A stretch of DNA of 64,000 nucleotides from Vulcanimicrobiota bacterium (GTDB lineage Bacteria; Vulcanimicrobiota; Vulcanimicrobiia; Vulcanimicrobiales; Vulcanimicrobiaceae), in NCBI GenBank assembly GCA_963723515.1, contig CAVRQT010000003.1:608001-672000 (forward strand), in the 5' to 3' direction. A program made the position numbers and the translations under genes. A model generated the notes under the pieces. It did no database searches and was not told the origin of the DNA. It was given only the letters and a program-made list of their open reading frames with translations. The first letter of the stretch is position 1, and every line of letters starts with the position of its first letter. Positions 24,644 to 35,310 of the stretch are shown piece after piece.

Positions 24644-24916
24644 ATGATCGGCTGTCAGTTACTGCAAGGCGTGTACTGGGTGCTCTGGATCTATACGATC
24701 GTGATGCTGGCCTATGCGGTCACGTCGTGGATTCCGGACATTCGGGGACGGTGGAGCGATTACGTTGGGATGGTCGTTGAACCGGTCATTGCGCCTGTCC
24801 GCCGGCTGATTCCGCCCGCCGGTGGATTCGATTGGTCGTTTCTTGTCGTGCTGCTGGCCCTGCAGGTTCTGATCCGGATCATCAGTTCGTACATCGCGAC
24901 CAGCTGCTACTTTTAG
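24644..24916 (+). CDS. yggT: YggT family membrane protein
   Basis: SWIP, EPVIAPVRRLIPP.GGFDWS. Confidence 0.88.
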   Translation: MIGCQLLQGVYWVLWIYTIVMLAYAVTSWIPDIRGRWSDYVGMVVEPVIAPVRRLIPPAGGFDWSFLVVLLALQVLIRIISSYIATSCYF

Positions 24917-24919
24917 GAC

Positions 24920-26752
24920 TTGCCCACCCTAAGAACTGAGAGCCACTCGCGACATGAAGTCGCCGAGCGCGTTCGCAATTTCTGCATCATTGCGCACATC
25001 GACCACGGAAAGACGACGCTTTCCGATCGCTTACTCGAACTCACGAAAACGATCGAAGCGCGCGACATGGAAGAGCAGCTGCTCGACACGATGGATCTCG
25101 AGCGGGAGCGCGGGATCACAATTAAAGCGCATCCGGTCACGATGGGCTATCGAGCGCGTGACGGAGAGCAGTACGAGTTAAACTTGATTGACACCCCGGG
25201 GCACGTCGATTTTTCCTATGAAGTTTCTCGGTCATTGGCAGCGTGCGAAGGCGCCATCTTGATCATCGATGCATCGCAAGGCATCGAGGCGCAAACGCTT
25301 GCCAATTATCATCTGGCGCTCGAGCACGACCTCGAAATTATTCCGGTGCTCAATAAGATCGATCTGCCTTCGGCGGATCCGGAACGCGTCATCGGCGAGA
25401 TCGAGGAGTTGCTCATCATCGATCGTGACGACGTGCTGCTCGCAAGTGCAAAGAACGGCGTCGGTATCGAAGAAATCCTCGAAGCGATCGTCACGCGAAT
25501 TCCGCCGCCCCGCGGCGCACGCGATCGTTTGCGCGCCCTGGTCTTCGATGCGCAGTTTGATTCATATCGCGGCGTCGTCTCCTACGTTCGCGTGGTAGAC
25601 GGCGAGCTGCGCCCCGGCACAAGCTTCATGTCGATGGCGCATCAACGTTCGTACGAATGCACGGAAGTAGGCGTCTTCAGTCCGCAGATGCGCCAAACGG
25701 AGGCGCTCTCGCTCGGCAGTGTCGGCTACGTCATCGCCAACATTCGCGCGCTGGGTGATATCGACGTCGGAGATACGATCACCGAAGCCGGCAACCCGGC
25801 GCACGTTCCGCTGCGCGGTTACCAGAAAGCCGTGCCGATGGTCTACTGCGGGCTGTATCCGAACGAGGGCGTTGAGTACTCCGATCTGCGCGACGCGCTC
25901 GAGAAGTTGAAGTTGAACGATTCGGCGCTCGTCTACGAGCCGGAGACTTCGGTCGCCCTTGGCTTCGGCTTTCGGTGCGGATTTCTCGGCCTGCTGCATA
26001 TGGAGATCGTTCAGGAGCGACTCGAGCGCAACTACGCTCTCGATCTCATTGCCACGTCGCCGTCAGTGGTCTTTCGCGTCACAAAGACCGACGGCTCGGT
26101 CGAGCTGATTGACAACCCTTCGAAGTTGCCGCCGTCGAATTACATTCGCGCAATTGAAGAGCCGTACGTCAAGGCGACGGTCATGGCGCCGCCGGATTAC
26201 GTCGGCGCGATAATGGACATCGCGCAATCGCGACGCGGCACGCTCGCGAACATGGAGTACTTGCACGATGGGCGCGTGATCATGGCCTATGAAATGCCGC
26301 TGATCGAAGTGATCGTCGAATTTTTCGATGTGCTGAAATCGCGTACGAAAGGCTACGCTTCGCTGGACTACGAGTTGATCGGCTACCGCGAAGGCGAGCT
26401 GGTGAAGCTGGAAATCTTATTGAACGGCGAGCCGGTTGACGCGCTTTCGTTCATCATTGCTCGGGACAAGGCGGCCAGCCGCGGCCGCGCGCTCGCGGAG
26501 CGGCTGAAGGAGCTGATTCCGCGCCAGCTCTTCGATGTGCCGATCCAAGCGGCGATCGGTGGAAAAATCGTCGCGCGCGAAACGGTGAGCGCCTTGCGCA
26601 AGAACGTCCTTGCGAAATGCTACGGTGGCGACATCACGCGTAAGCGAAAACTCTTGGAGAAGCAGAAGGCGGGTAAAGAGCGGATGAAGCGCATCGGTAA
26701 GGTCGATCTCCCGCAAGACGCCTTCATGGCGGTACTCAAGCTCGCTGAATGA
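24920..26752 (+). CDS. lepA: Elongation factor 4
   Basis: [53 protein letters not shown]. Confidence 0.98.
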   Translation: MPTLRTESHSRHEVAERVRNFCIIAHIDHGKTTLSDRLLELTKTIEARDMEEQLLDTMDLERERGITIKAHPVTMGYRARDGEQYELNLIDTPGHVDFSYEVSRSLAACEGAILIIDASQGIEAQTLANYHLALEHDLEIIPVLNKIDLPSADPERVIGEIEELLIIDRDDVLLASAKNGVGIEEILEAIVTRIPPPRGARDRLRALVFDAQFDSYRGVVSYVRVVDGELRPGTSFMSMAHQRSYECTEVGVFSPQMRQTEALSLGSVGYVIANIRALGDIDVGDTITEAGNPAHVPLRGYQKAVPMVYCGLYPNEGVEYSDLRDALEKLKLNDSALVYEPETSVALGFGFRCGFLGLLHMEIVQERLERNYALDLIATSPSVVFRVTKTDGSVELIDNPSKLPPSNYIRAIEEPYVKATVMAPPDYVGAIMDIAQSRRGTLANMEYLHDGRVIMAYEMPLIEVIVEFFDVLKSRTKGYASLDYELIGYREGELVKLEILLNGEPVDALSFIIARDKAASRGRALAERLKELIPRQLFDVPIQAAIGGKIVARETVSALRKNVLAKCYGGDITRKRKLLEKQKAGKERMKRIGKVDLPQDAFMAVLKLAE

Positions 26753-27339
26753 AGACCTATGTGGCGACGAAGAACATGGACAAACTTCGCGAGTTGCGCG
26801 CTCTCTTCGGCGGTTCGGAACTCGATCTCGCAACGTATCCTTCGTACATTGAAGTAGAAGAGACCGCGGCGGACTACACCGGCAATGCGCTGCTTAAAGC
26901 GTGTGGCTTGAGCGCTCAGCTTCGGGAACAACGCGAGATCGCGGCGGTCCTTGCGGATGACTCCGGGATTGAAGTTGACGCGCTCGACGGAAGACCCGGC
27001 GTGCTTTCTGCACGCTACGGAGGCGATATTTCGTGGCCCGTGCGCTTGCAGAGGTTGCTGAACGAAGTTGACGGCGTAACGAATGAGCAGCGCGGCGCGC
27101 GATTCGTGTGCGCGATGGCCCTCGTGCAACCGGACGGTCAGGCGCTGCAGAGCGAAGGAGAAGTTCGAGGGATCCTTGCGCGTAGCCCAATTGGAACGAA
27201 CGGCTTCGGATACGACCCTATTTTTTATTATCCGCCCCTGCAAAAGACGTTCGGCCAGATTTCGGAAGAGAAGAAGAACCGGCTAAGCCACCGCTATCAC
27301 GCGGCAGAAGCCCTGTTAAGCCTGTTGCGCACCGCTTGA
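26749..27339 (+). CDS. rdgB: Non-canonical purine NTP pyrophosphatase (HAM1 family)
   Basis: [36 protein letters not shown]. Confidence 0.95.
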   Translation: MKTYVATKNMDKLRELRALFGGSELDLATYPSYIEVEETAADYTGNALLKACGLSAQLREQREIAAVLADDSGIEVDALDGRPGVLSARYGGDISWPVRLQRLLNEVDGVTNEQRGARFVCAMALVQPDGQALQSEGEVRGILARSPIGTNGFGYDPIFYYPPLQKTFGQISEEKKNRLSHRYHAAEALLSLLRTA

Positions 27340-28193
27340 TCGCCGCGCAAATCGTTCAAGCGGCCGACGATGACATCGCGTATTTCGCGAAGCGTCGGTG
27401 TAAAGACGAGCATGAGCGCGCGCTCTGGTTCTATCTCGCGGAGCATGCGCCGAACGGCGTCTGGGTGGCCAAGGACGTCGAGACGGCGGTCGGTATCGCG
27501 ATACCACACGCAGGTGATGATGAGTGGTTCTTGTCGGAGCTCTTCGTTGAACCGAGCTTTCGTAATCACGGAATCGCGCTCGAGTTGCTGCACGCTGCTG
27601 CCGGTCCCGCGGGCGACGTAACGCGAAGCGGCATGTTAGATCAAGCCGAGCTCGATGGCCTTGCCTTCTATGCGGCGCGTTCCGTGCCGATCGCATCGCC
27701 GGTGCTCTCGGTGTCCGGCGAAATTCCACGAGACGAAGCGCTGGCCAAAATGGCTGCGGGCGAGTACCGCTTTCGAACAAGGCAACTCGACATGCTCGAA
27801 CATCGGCAGTCGTTGACGGCGCTGGATCACGAAGTCCGCGGTACCGGTCGCCTATTCGATCATGAGTATTTCATGAGCAGGGCGCATGGTGTTGCGTTCT
27901 ACTTGGACGACGAGTTTGTGGCTTATGCGTATGCATGGCCAAGTGGCCGCATTGGGCCGCTTGCGACGACATCAGCAGTGTACGCGGTGCAGATTTTGGC
28001 CTTTATGCTGGCCGCGCTAAAGCACGTTTACGAAGCGTCATGGTGTACGATGCTCGTGCCGGGAATCAACGTACGAGTGCTGCGCGCGGCCATGCGCGCC
28101 AACTTAAAAATCGATGGAGTGCAAATATTCGCAACCGATGGAGCAGCCGGCGATCTTTCCCGCTACATCGGTTTGCATCGGCTGCTATTTTGA
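27336..28193 (+). CDS. GNAT family N-acetyltransferase
   Basis: LSELFVEPSFRNHGIA acetyl-CoA motif A; second domain with GRIGPL. Confidence 0.8.
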   Translation: MIAAQIVQAADDDIAYFAKRRCKDEHERALWFYLAEHAPNGVWVAKDVETAVGIAIPHAGDDEWFLSELFVEPSFRNHGIALELLHAAAGPAGDVTRSGMLDQAELDGLAFYAARSVPIASPVLSVSGEIPRDEALAKMAAGEYRFRTRQLDMLEHRQSLTALDHEVRGTGRLFDHEYFMSRAHGVAFYLDDEFVAYAYAWPSGRIGPLATTSAVYAVQILAFMLAALKHVYEASWCTMLVPGINVRVLRAAMRANLKIDGVQIFATDGAAGDLSRYIGLHRLLF

Positions 28194-28200
28194 ATTGAGA

Positions 28201-28277
28201 TGGTCGGGGCGAGAGGACTTGAACCTCCGACTTCTGCGTCCCAAACGCAGCGCTCTACCAAGCTGAGCTACGCCCCG
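28201..28277 (-). tRNA. tRNA-Pro(TGG)
   Basis: Reverse complement CGGGGCGTAGCTCAGCTTGGTAGAGC..CTGCG-TTTGGGA-CGCAG..GTTCAAGTC..CGCCCCGACCA. Confidence 0.97.
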
Positions 28278-28702
28278 GCTCTGTACCAACCCCGTTCCCT
28301 TGCTGTCTTGCGACGATGACAATTTGCGCAGCGGACTTCACATTTTAGCATCTCTCTTCTTAACTGCGAAAGGGTGCAGCCGCTCCACGCTAAGAGGCAG
28401 ACCTCAGTAAGCTTAGTCCCGCTCACGTGATCGAATTCCAAAACGATTGGGTCACGTTCTCCGCAGTCGACGCACGGCGATTTCAACAAGTACTGAAGCA
28501 TGTACTCGCGATTCCTCTTAACGCATGACCGTTTGTTTCGATATCGCCTAATGTTATGTTCCGTGCTATGGCGACGGTAATGAGCCTTGCAATAAGCACT
28601 TTGACACTTTTTGCAATACGATGTCGGTGCTCCCGTAGCCAAGTCTCGGCAGTAAAATTCGTTTCGAGGCTTGCCTTCTTGACAGCGTGGGCATCGCTTC
28701 AT
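28268..28702 (-). CDS. HNH (His-Me finger) endonuclease-like protein with N-terminal zinc finger
   Basis: CPRC..CKKC N-terminal Zn finger; PCVDCG..DPIVLEFDH..KCEVRCANCHRRKT. Confidence 0.8.
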   Translation of the reverse strand: MKRCPRCQEGKPRNEFYCRDLATGAPTSYCKKCQSAYCKAHYRRHSTEHNIRRYRNKRSCVKRNREYMLQYLLKSPCVDCGERDPIVLEFDHVSGTKLTEVCLLAWSGCTLSQLRREMLKCEVRCANCHRRKTARERGWYRAGA

Positions 28703-28753
28703 GTATCAATTGAACAAAAGAGGTGTGCCATACGCTTGGCATTCTAAAACGAA

Positions 28754-29435
28754 TTACCAGAGAAACGGAACAATGCGATAACGAACGCGATAAGTATAAT
28801 CGTTGTAACCATCGAGTTCGCGTATCAAAAGCCGTTCTTCAATGGCGATCCGCACCATGAGTGACGCAATCGGAATAATCGCGAACAACGCAGCCGCGTA
28901 AGACCCCAGCCATAACGGGAGTCCAATAATTAGGAGCGCGCCGCCCGCGTAAATTGGATGGCGAACGATGCCGTAAGCCCCCGTATCGACGACCGTTTGA
29001 TGTCGTTCTTCTTGATGCCTGACGACTGCCGCGGCAAATGCGTTTTCGCGCAAACCAGCCCACGCGATCGACCAGCCGATAAAGAACAGCACGAGGCCCA
29101 GAACTTGGATATGAATCGGCGGCGTGGACATAAGGTGCAGACGAAAGATGTCGAGCGCCGCAAACACGACCATCCCGTAGAAAGTCAGAATCAAAATCGC
29201 AAGGACGACTTTATCTGAGAGCGGCTGTCCCCGCTGAAAAGGCGGCTTCAAACGTTCTCGAAGCAGATCCATGCCGTCGTGCGAAAGATCGACAATGCTC
29301 AATACGGTGCCGATCGAGATAGAGTCCTAAAATAATCCAAGCGCTCGGCCAGTTCAGCGTGCCGGCCGGCACGAACAGCAGCGCGGCGAAGATGCCGACG
29401 CTTGCCACGGTGCTAACGATTAACCGAAGAGTCAT
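28754..29435 (-). CDS. Isoprenylcysteine carboxylmethyltransferase (ICMT/PEMT) family membrane protein; frameshift near 29310
   Basis: LFVPAGTLNWP.AW, LLRERL, ENAFAA, VVDTGAYGIVRHPIY, RIAIEE, YRIVPFLW. Confidence 0.85.
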
Positions 29436-29493
29436 CGAAAGATGTGCTGAAGGGCGCGCTAGTGGTATTCTATTGTGCGGCGTCGCGCTCAAT

Positions 29494-29566
<73 letters not shown>

Positions 29567-29582
29567 TAGATTTGCGGTCCGC

Positions 29583-29660
29583 GGTGACTGTAGCTCAGCC
29601 GGTTAGAGCGTCGGCCTGTGGAGTCGAAGGTCGCGGGTTCGATCCCCGTCAGTCACCCCA
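29583..29660 (+). tRNA. tRNA-His(GTG)
   Basis: G-1 plus GTGACTG/CAGTCAC stem, TCGGC-CTGTGGA-GTCGA anticodon arm, ends C-CCA. Confidence 0.96.
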
Positions 29661-29731
29661 ACAATTTGCGCGGCAGGGCCGTGTTTGAACCGGTGGAAGC
29701 AACGTGAGCGCTCGATGACATTCGGCGCCCG

Positions 29732-29804
29732 GCGCCTGTAGCTCAGTTGGTAGAGCAGCGGCCTTTTAAGCCGTTGGTCCTGGGTTCGAGTCCCAGCGGG
29801 CGTA
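29732..29804 (+). tRNA. tRNA-Lys(TTT)
   Basis: GCGGC-CTTTTAA-GCCGT anticodon arm, GGTTCGAGTCC. Confidence 0.95.
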
Positions 29805-29807
29805 CGT

Positions 29808-29882
<75 letters not shown>

Positions 29883-30020
29883 TGATTTTTAGAAGTGCCG
29901 TCAACGTGAATTGGCACGCCGAGACCACGGTTTACAGCTGTGGTCCGTCGGCATTTGCTTCGGCGACGTTGGAGTGTGCGCTAATGAAAAAAGGTAGCCG
30001 CATATAACGTTTTCCTTAAG

Positions 30021-31314
30021 ATGCAGCCGAAAGGCCGCGTCCTTCAATTTCAGGTGCAAGGTCCGGAAAACGGCAAACTGGTGCCCGTCCGCGCTTTAAT
30101 TTACGATCAGAGTGGGCAGCGTATTGCAATTACGGACGACAGCGGAGACGCAGTTGCGCGTTGAAGGAAGCGATGGGCGAAACGGTCGTTCTGCAAGCAA
30201 GAGCGCCGCATTGGCCCTCCGCAACTGGGTCTTACGTCGTCGGCGCCTCCGAAGCGGGAAGCAAACTTACCCGCAGCACGGATTACGTGAACTTCGTTCT
30301 CAACTCCGAGGAAAGCGCCGAGCAAGAGATTGCGCTCCAAATCATGGTGTTCGGCACGAAGGACGGAGGCCGCGTGCCGATCGAGCATACGCTGATCTAC
30401 GATGAGAGCGGACATTTTCTCACGAGCACCGACTCCCGTGGCCACGCAGCCGCGCTGGTCAAGGAGCCGTTTGGCGAAACGTTTCGCCTGAAGGCGGAAG
30501 CCCAACACTGGGGTTCGCAGACGCAAGCGTTGCTCGCACGATCGGAGACGCGCAACAGCTACGCTGGTCCTGTCGGCAGCAAATACTTGTATCAGCAGGT
30601 CAGGTTCACGCTGCCGGCGGCGACCAATGAAATCGGAGACCTGGTCGTTCAGGTCCTCAACAGAGACAACGACAAGCCGGTCTCGGGTGCGGCCGTTCGT
30701 CTCTATAAGCCGACCGGTTTTCCAGGCACGCTCGTTGGGGTTGAAAGTACGAATCAACAAGGCGAAGCGACCTTTGATGCGCGCCATGTCGAGCAGGCGC
30801 TGTCCGGACAAGAAGCCCGAGTCGGCGTGCAGCATGGCGGCTACTCGGAGGCGCTGCAAACGGTGGCCGGCTCCTTGACGACGGCGGAGTTGCCTCGTTA
30901 CGTCGTGTATCTTAAACCGAAAAACGAAAACACGAAGTGGAGCGGCACGTGGTACGACGGCCCGTATACGATGCAGGTGTCCGGCGGAACGGGATCGCTT
31001 GGCTATACGGCGCTGCGTTCTTCAGGCGTTGGAACGTGCTGCCCCTCGTCGATGAAAGCAGTGGTAATTGCCAGGTGATTGGCAGCAAGGCGATCTGTCA
31101 ATATCACGGGCATTACCATGACAGTGCGAAGGACGTCACCTATGGCGGCCATGCAACGCTCACGTATTCTGGAGAGTACATCCAGTACAGCTTCACGCAA
31201 GTTAGCGGATCGATTACGCTGTCGAGCGGTCAGCCTTGTCCGGCAATCGAACAATGCACGAGCATGCATCCGGGTGCAATATTTACCGGTTCCTGGACAC
31301 GTAAGAAACCGTAA
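30021..31314 (+). CDS. Repeat-containing beta-sandwich (surface-like) protein, apparently 5'-truncated; frameshifts near 30160 and 31045
   Basis: The segment LQFQVQG.ENGKLVPVRALIYDQSGQRIAITDDSG upstream of the listed ORF repeats its internal LQIMVFG.KDGGRVPIEHTLIYDESGHFLTSTDSRG; Cys-containing C-terminal part continues in another frame to TAA 31314. Confidence 0.55.
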
Positions 31315-31360
31315 GATCGCAGACGGTCCTCCCAGGGTTCCGCAAGCTCGCAACAGCAGC

Positions 31361-32107
31361 GTGTTTCCGAACCTGATAGCGGGAGCGCTGCTCTTATTTT
31401 GCATCGTCTCTAACAGCGAAGTAACAGGTGCAAGCCCCTCCCGACCAATCATCTACGTTGCGCTCGGTGATAGCATCACGTGGGGATTGGCTGCATCGAA
31501 GACCTGCCAGCCGCAGATTCCGATGCCGGTCCGAACCAGCGTGCTTTGACGCGACGTCCTTCCCGGCTGTCTTCGCTCGCGCGCTTCGGAGCAGCGGACG
31601 AAGCGTTAGGGTTCAAAACGTGGCGATTTCAGGGGCGCGTGTAGGCTGGATGTTGCCGACGAGCTGCCGCAGGTCGCAAAAAACGCAAACCTGATCACGC
31701 TTTTTGTCGGCGCGAACGATTTCTCCGACATCGCGTTTCATGGTGCACGGTGGAAGATTTTGAACGCCAGTATACGGCGCTCGTCGCCTATCTCGTCGCA
31801 CAGTATCCACGGGCGCGAATCATCTTGGCGAACGTGCCGAATATCGGTTACTTACCGTGTTGCGCGGACATACGGAATGGGACACAAGAAACGTGGCACG
31901 CGGGCAACGCCTTCATCGATTCGTTTGCGGCTGGGGTTACGGTAGCAGATCTGGTTTGCGATCCGACGCTCTACCAGCCTGCGATGTTTCCCATGCAAGG
32001 AAACATCCACCCCGGTGACCTAGGGCATGCTCGCATCGCAGCCGATATTGCTGGATGCGCTGCGGCACCGCCGAAAACCGGCGGCTTCTTGTCCGCCCTA
32101 TTTCTAG
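31361..32107 (+). CDS. SGNH/GDSL hydrolase, secreted; several frameshifts
   Basis: YVALGDSIT, NVAISGA, LFVGAND and IHP..GHARIA blocks in successive frames. Confidence 0.75.
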
Positions 32108-33171
32108 CTCGTCTTCTCCGTCTGAAGCAACGCCTTCTTGCGTTCAACGCCCCACCGGTAATCCGCAACGTCTCCGTCCGCGCGAATCACGCGGTGACAA
32201 GGAATCACCAGGGCGACTCTATTGCTTGCGCACGCCTTTGCGACGGCGCGCGATGCCCCGGGACGTCCAATGAACGCGGCCACTTCATTATATGAACGCG
32301 TTTCTCCATACGGAATTTCCTGAAGCGCCTGCCAAACGGAAGATTGAAATGGCGTGCTGTCCAGGTCGAGAGGGACACGATCGCCGTGCGTGCCGCGAAG
32401 TTGCCGTTGAACCGCTTTTTCGGCAGCGTCGAGATGGGATTTCGTTTCAGCATCTAGACGATCAGAATACTGAACAAGCGTGGCATTGGGATATTCCGCG
32501 CGGAGATCCGCTTCAAGCCGTTTGGCATCGTCACCAAAGTAGATGGCGGCAACGCCGCGAGTGGTAGCCGCGAGCAACGCGAAACCAAGCGGCGTTTTCC
32601 TCGCGCGGAACGCGATGACTTTGCCGGCGCCGCGTCGTCTGTATTGTCCGGGCGTCATTCCAAGAGCTCGTAGCGCGTCCGGATAGGCCGCCCGTTCGTC
32701 GGGGTAACCCGCGTTGATCGATGCGCTTGCAACGCTTTCGTCTTTGCGAAGTCCCGCTTTTAAGCGTTCCGCGCGGCGTGTCGCGACGTACACGCGCGGC
32801 GAAACGCCGACGTGCCGCTTAAACAGACGCTGCAGATAAAACGGACTTAGGGCAACGTATTTCGCGAGATCCGTCAACGTTACGCGCTCGCCAAGGCGGC
32901 TTTCGAGTAAGTCGAGCGCCGAACGAACGATTCGTTCAGAATCTTGTCCGCTAACCGGACGGCACTTTGCGCACTCGCGAAATCCGCCATCGGTCGCGGC
33001 TTCGGGTGAAGCAAAGAAGAGCACGTTTTCTTTGCGGGGGCGACGCGCACTGCACGACGGTTTGCAGTAGACGCCCGTCGTCTTGACGCCGTACACAAAG
33101 GCCTGGTCGAACCGGTCGTCGCGCCGCACGACGGCGCTCCAACGGCGTCGATCCGAAAGCTGCTCGCTCAT
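32104..33171 (-). CDS. ada: Bifunctional Ada transcriptional activator / O6-methylguanine-DNA methyltransferase
   Basis: TTGVYCKPSC, FRECAKCRP, AraC-type HTH, IPCHRV active site. Confidence 0.95.
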   Translation of the reverse strand: MSEQLSDRRRWSAVVRRDDRFDQAFVYGVKTTGVYCKPSCSARRPRKENVLFFASPEAATDGGFRECAKCRPVSGQDSERIVRSALDLLESRLGERVTLTDLAKYVALSPFYLQRLFKRHVGVSPRVYVATRRAERLKAGLRKDESVASASINAGYPDERAAYPDALRALGMTPGQYRRRGAGKVIAFRARKTPLGFALLAATTRGVAAIYFGDDAKRLEADLRAEYPNATLVQYSDRLDAETKSHLDAAEKAVQRQLRGTHGDRVPLDLDSTPFQSSVWQALQEIPYGETRSYNEVAAFIGRPGASRAVAKACASNRVALVIPCHRVIRADGDVADYRWGVERKKALLQTEKTS

Positions 33172-33284
33172 ATGCGCGGACCCCATCCCGCAAACGTGGT
33201 CCTCAAGTCGCGCAAAGCGCAACGCTCGTTCGGGAATTCGGTACTCATTCGCCCAACGCTAGGCTGCATATCCGTCTTGATCAT
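33168..33284 (-). CDS. Putative 38-aa upstream ORF coupled to ada (or a frameshifted Ada N-terminal extension)
   Basis: MIKTDMQPSVGRMSTEFPNERCALRDLRTTFAGWGPRI*; its TGA overlaps the ada ATG (ATGA). Confidence 0.4.
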   Translation of the reverse strand: MIKTDMQPSVGRMSTEFPNERCALRDLRTTFAGWGPRI

Positions 33285-33290
33285 GCTCCT

Positions 33291-33341
33291 ACTCTAGAGC
33301 GTTAGGAGCAGAGCGTCCATCCAAAAAGTTGCGCTCTAATT
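33291..33341 (-). promoter_or_regulatory. Ada box and -10 element of the ada promoter
   Basis: Minus strand AAT-TAGAGC-GCAA (33341-33329) fits AAT-N6-GCAA; TAGAGT at 33296-33291. Confidence 0.75.
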
Positions 33342-33560
33342 CGTTGGGCAAGGCTCCATGCCAAGGCTGGTCAGTTCGATGTCGCTGTAGCGAAAATTCG
33401 TTGATTCGAGTGGCCTGCGATCATCGTTCGAAACGCGATTTCGAATGTCAGCGAGCATCTGCTCCGCGTAACGCTTTTCGTATGGGCCGAGTTCGAGGGC
33501 GTCGCCCGCGAGCGTGCGGCCGACGATGATCCAGCGAGAATCGCTCCCGAGGTCTCTCAT
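33336..33560 (-). CDS. Small hypothetical protein (74 aa)
   Basis: ORF only, no recognisable motif. Confidence 0.35.
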   Translation of the reverse strand: MRDLGSDSRWIIVGRTLAGDALELGPYEKRYAEQMLADIRNRVSNDDRRPLESTNFRYSDIELTSLGMEPCPTN

Positions 33561-33676
33561 GGCTACGACCAGAGTACCACTCCCGCGCTACAGGAATCCC
33601 GGCAAAACCGTCTTATAATCGGCGACTTGGGCAGGCCCGCCACTAAAATCGCGGCGTAAAGGTTGGACAACCGGGA

Positions 33677-33758
33677 GGGCAAGTGGCGGAACTGGCAGAC
33701 GCGCTGGATTTAGGTTCCAGTGGGGTAACCCATCAGAGTTCGAGTCTCTGCTTGCCCA
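33677..33758 (+). tRNA. tRNA-Leu(TAG)
   Basis: GGGCAAG/CTTGCCC stem, CTGGA-TTTAGGT-TCCAG anticodon arm, variable arm. Confidence 0.95.
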
Positions 33759-33776
33759 TTGGCGCGCCGTCTCGAT

Positions 33777-33848
33777 GCGGAAGTAGCTCAGTGGTAGAGC
33801 ATCGCCTTGCCAAGGCGAGGGTCGCGAGTTCGAATCTCGTCTTCCGCT
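33777..33848 (+). tRNA. tRNA-Gly(GCC)
   Basis: GCGGAAG/CTTCCGC stem, TCGCC-TTGCCAA-GGCGA anticodon arm. Confidence 0.96.
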
Positions 33849-33850
33849 CA

Positions 33851-33961
33851 CTTCGCTTCTCCCCACAAATTGCAAAATTTGCGGGGGCCCCGTACAGTTT
33901 AACAGGCGCTCCGCTCGAGCAGCTTCGCTGCCCCCCGTGCGCAAAGCGCACGGGGCCCCCC
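33851..33961. repeat. Two REP-like hairpin units
   Basis: CTTCGCT-N3-CCCC[hairpin]GGGG-CCCC pattern at 33851-33891 and 33923-33961. Confidence 0.55.
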
Positions 33962-33998
33962 AACCGTAACTAGTGGAATTTGCCTACCTCTATTTGAC

Positions 33999-35309
33999 AT
34001 GACATTAGCTGATGCGAAGTCGACCTTAACCAGGCTGGCGCCGACCGAGGTGCAGCTCGACATTCCGATATCCGCTGAAGAGCTCAGCTCCGCTGAAGAG
34101 CGCGCCTTTCGCACGTTGTCTCGCAATACGAAAATTCCGGGCTTTCGCCCCGGCAAAGTTCCGCGCAAGATCTTCGAGCAGCAGTATGGTGACGAGCTCA
34201 TTCACAATCGCGCGATCGAAGATGTCGTCCCGGAGGCGTATTCGAGAGCGGTGCGCGAGCACGAGTTGGCGCCGATCGACCGTCCCAAAGTCGAAGTGCT
34301 GCCGGCGGAAGATGACCGCCCGTTGCAGCTCAAGGTCAACGTCTCGGTGCGTCCGGATATCGACCTTCATCCTTACAGCGGTATCTCACTCGAGCGTTTG
34401 CCCGTCAACGTGACCGATGAGGAGGTCGACCGAAGCCTGCAATCGTTGGCGCGCGACCGCGGCACGCTCGTGCCGGTCGAGCGATCCGCGCGCATCGGCG
34501 ACTTCGTCGTCCTTGACTACCAAGGGAAGGTCGACGGCAAGCCCTTTGAAGGCGGAGAGGCCGAAGGCCAGACGATCGAGCTTTCGGAGGAACGGTTTGT
34601 GCCGGGGTTCGCCGCGGGGATCGCGGGTATGCGAGCGGGCGATTCCAAGGAAGTGCGCGCCGCATTTCCGGACGACTATCCGAAATCAGACCTCGCCGGC
34701 AAAGATGTCGTTTTCGACGTAACGCTCCATGAAGTTAAGGAAATGGAGTTGCCGGCGGTGGACGACGAGTTTGCAAAGACTGTCTCAACGCATGCGACGT
34801 TAGAGGCATTGAAGGGCGATATTCGTCAGCGCCTCGCGGCGATCGGAGAGAGCCGCGTTCGTAAACAACTCGAGCAGACGCTGATGCAAAAACTGATCGC
34901 CGAGCACGAGTTCTCGCTTCCGCAGAGTCTGGTCCAACGTGAAACGGAGAGTCTGCTCAGCGACGCACATGCGTTCGCGGAGCGGTTGGGGCTGAGCTGG
35001 GACGATTACCTCGCGCGAAGCGGCAACACCGAGGATCAGCTTCGCGCGGAAATGCATGAAGAGGCGCGGCGGCGCGTCAAGGGCGCCCTGCTGCTCGCTG
35101 CCATCGCCAAAACCGAAAACATTCGGGCAACGCCCGCAGACGTCCAGCGCGAGATCGTCGCACTCGCCGAACAGTACGGGCAACCGCCCCAGCGGATCCG
35201 GGAGGTGATGGGAAACAACCTCGCTTCGCTGATGGAAGGAATCGTTCGCAGCAAGACGATGGAGTGGCTCATCGAACACGCCAATATTCAAACGACCGAT
35301 GGAGCTTAA
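33999..35309 (+). CDS. tig: Trigger factor
   Basis: [10 protein letters not shown] signature, FKBP domain, precedes clpP-clpX. Confidence 0.97.
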   Translation: MTLADAKSTLTRLAPTEVQLDIPISAEELSSAEERAFRTLSRNTKIPGFRPGKVPRKIFEQQYGDELIHNRAIEDVVPEAYSRAVREHELAPIDRPKVEVLPAEDDRPLQLKVNVSVRPDIDLHPYSGISLERLPVNVTDEEVDRSLQSLARDRGTLVPVERSARIGDFVVLDYQGKVDGKPFEGGEAEGQTIELSEERFVPGFAAGIAGMRAGDSKEVRAAFPDDYPKSDLAGKDVVFDVTLHEVKEMELPAVDDEFAKTVSTHATLEALKGDIRQRLAAIGESRVRKQLEQTLMQKLIAEHEFSLPQSLVQRETESLLSDAHAFAERLGLSWDDYLARSGNTEDQLRAEMHEEARRRVKGALLLAAIAKTENIRATPADVQREIVALAEQYGQPPQRIREVMGNNLASLMEGIVRSKTMEWLIEHANIQTTDGA

Positions 35310-35310
35310 G

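Noticed and set aside
28703..28753. LexA box upstream of the HNH gene
   Set aside because: Only a GAAC half-site, with no GTTC at the required spacing.
33214..33222. AAAGCGCAA as the Ada box
   Set aside because: Wrong orientation and no AAT box A; a better full site lies at 33329-33341.
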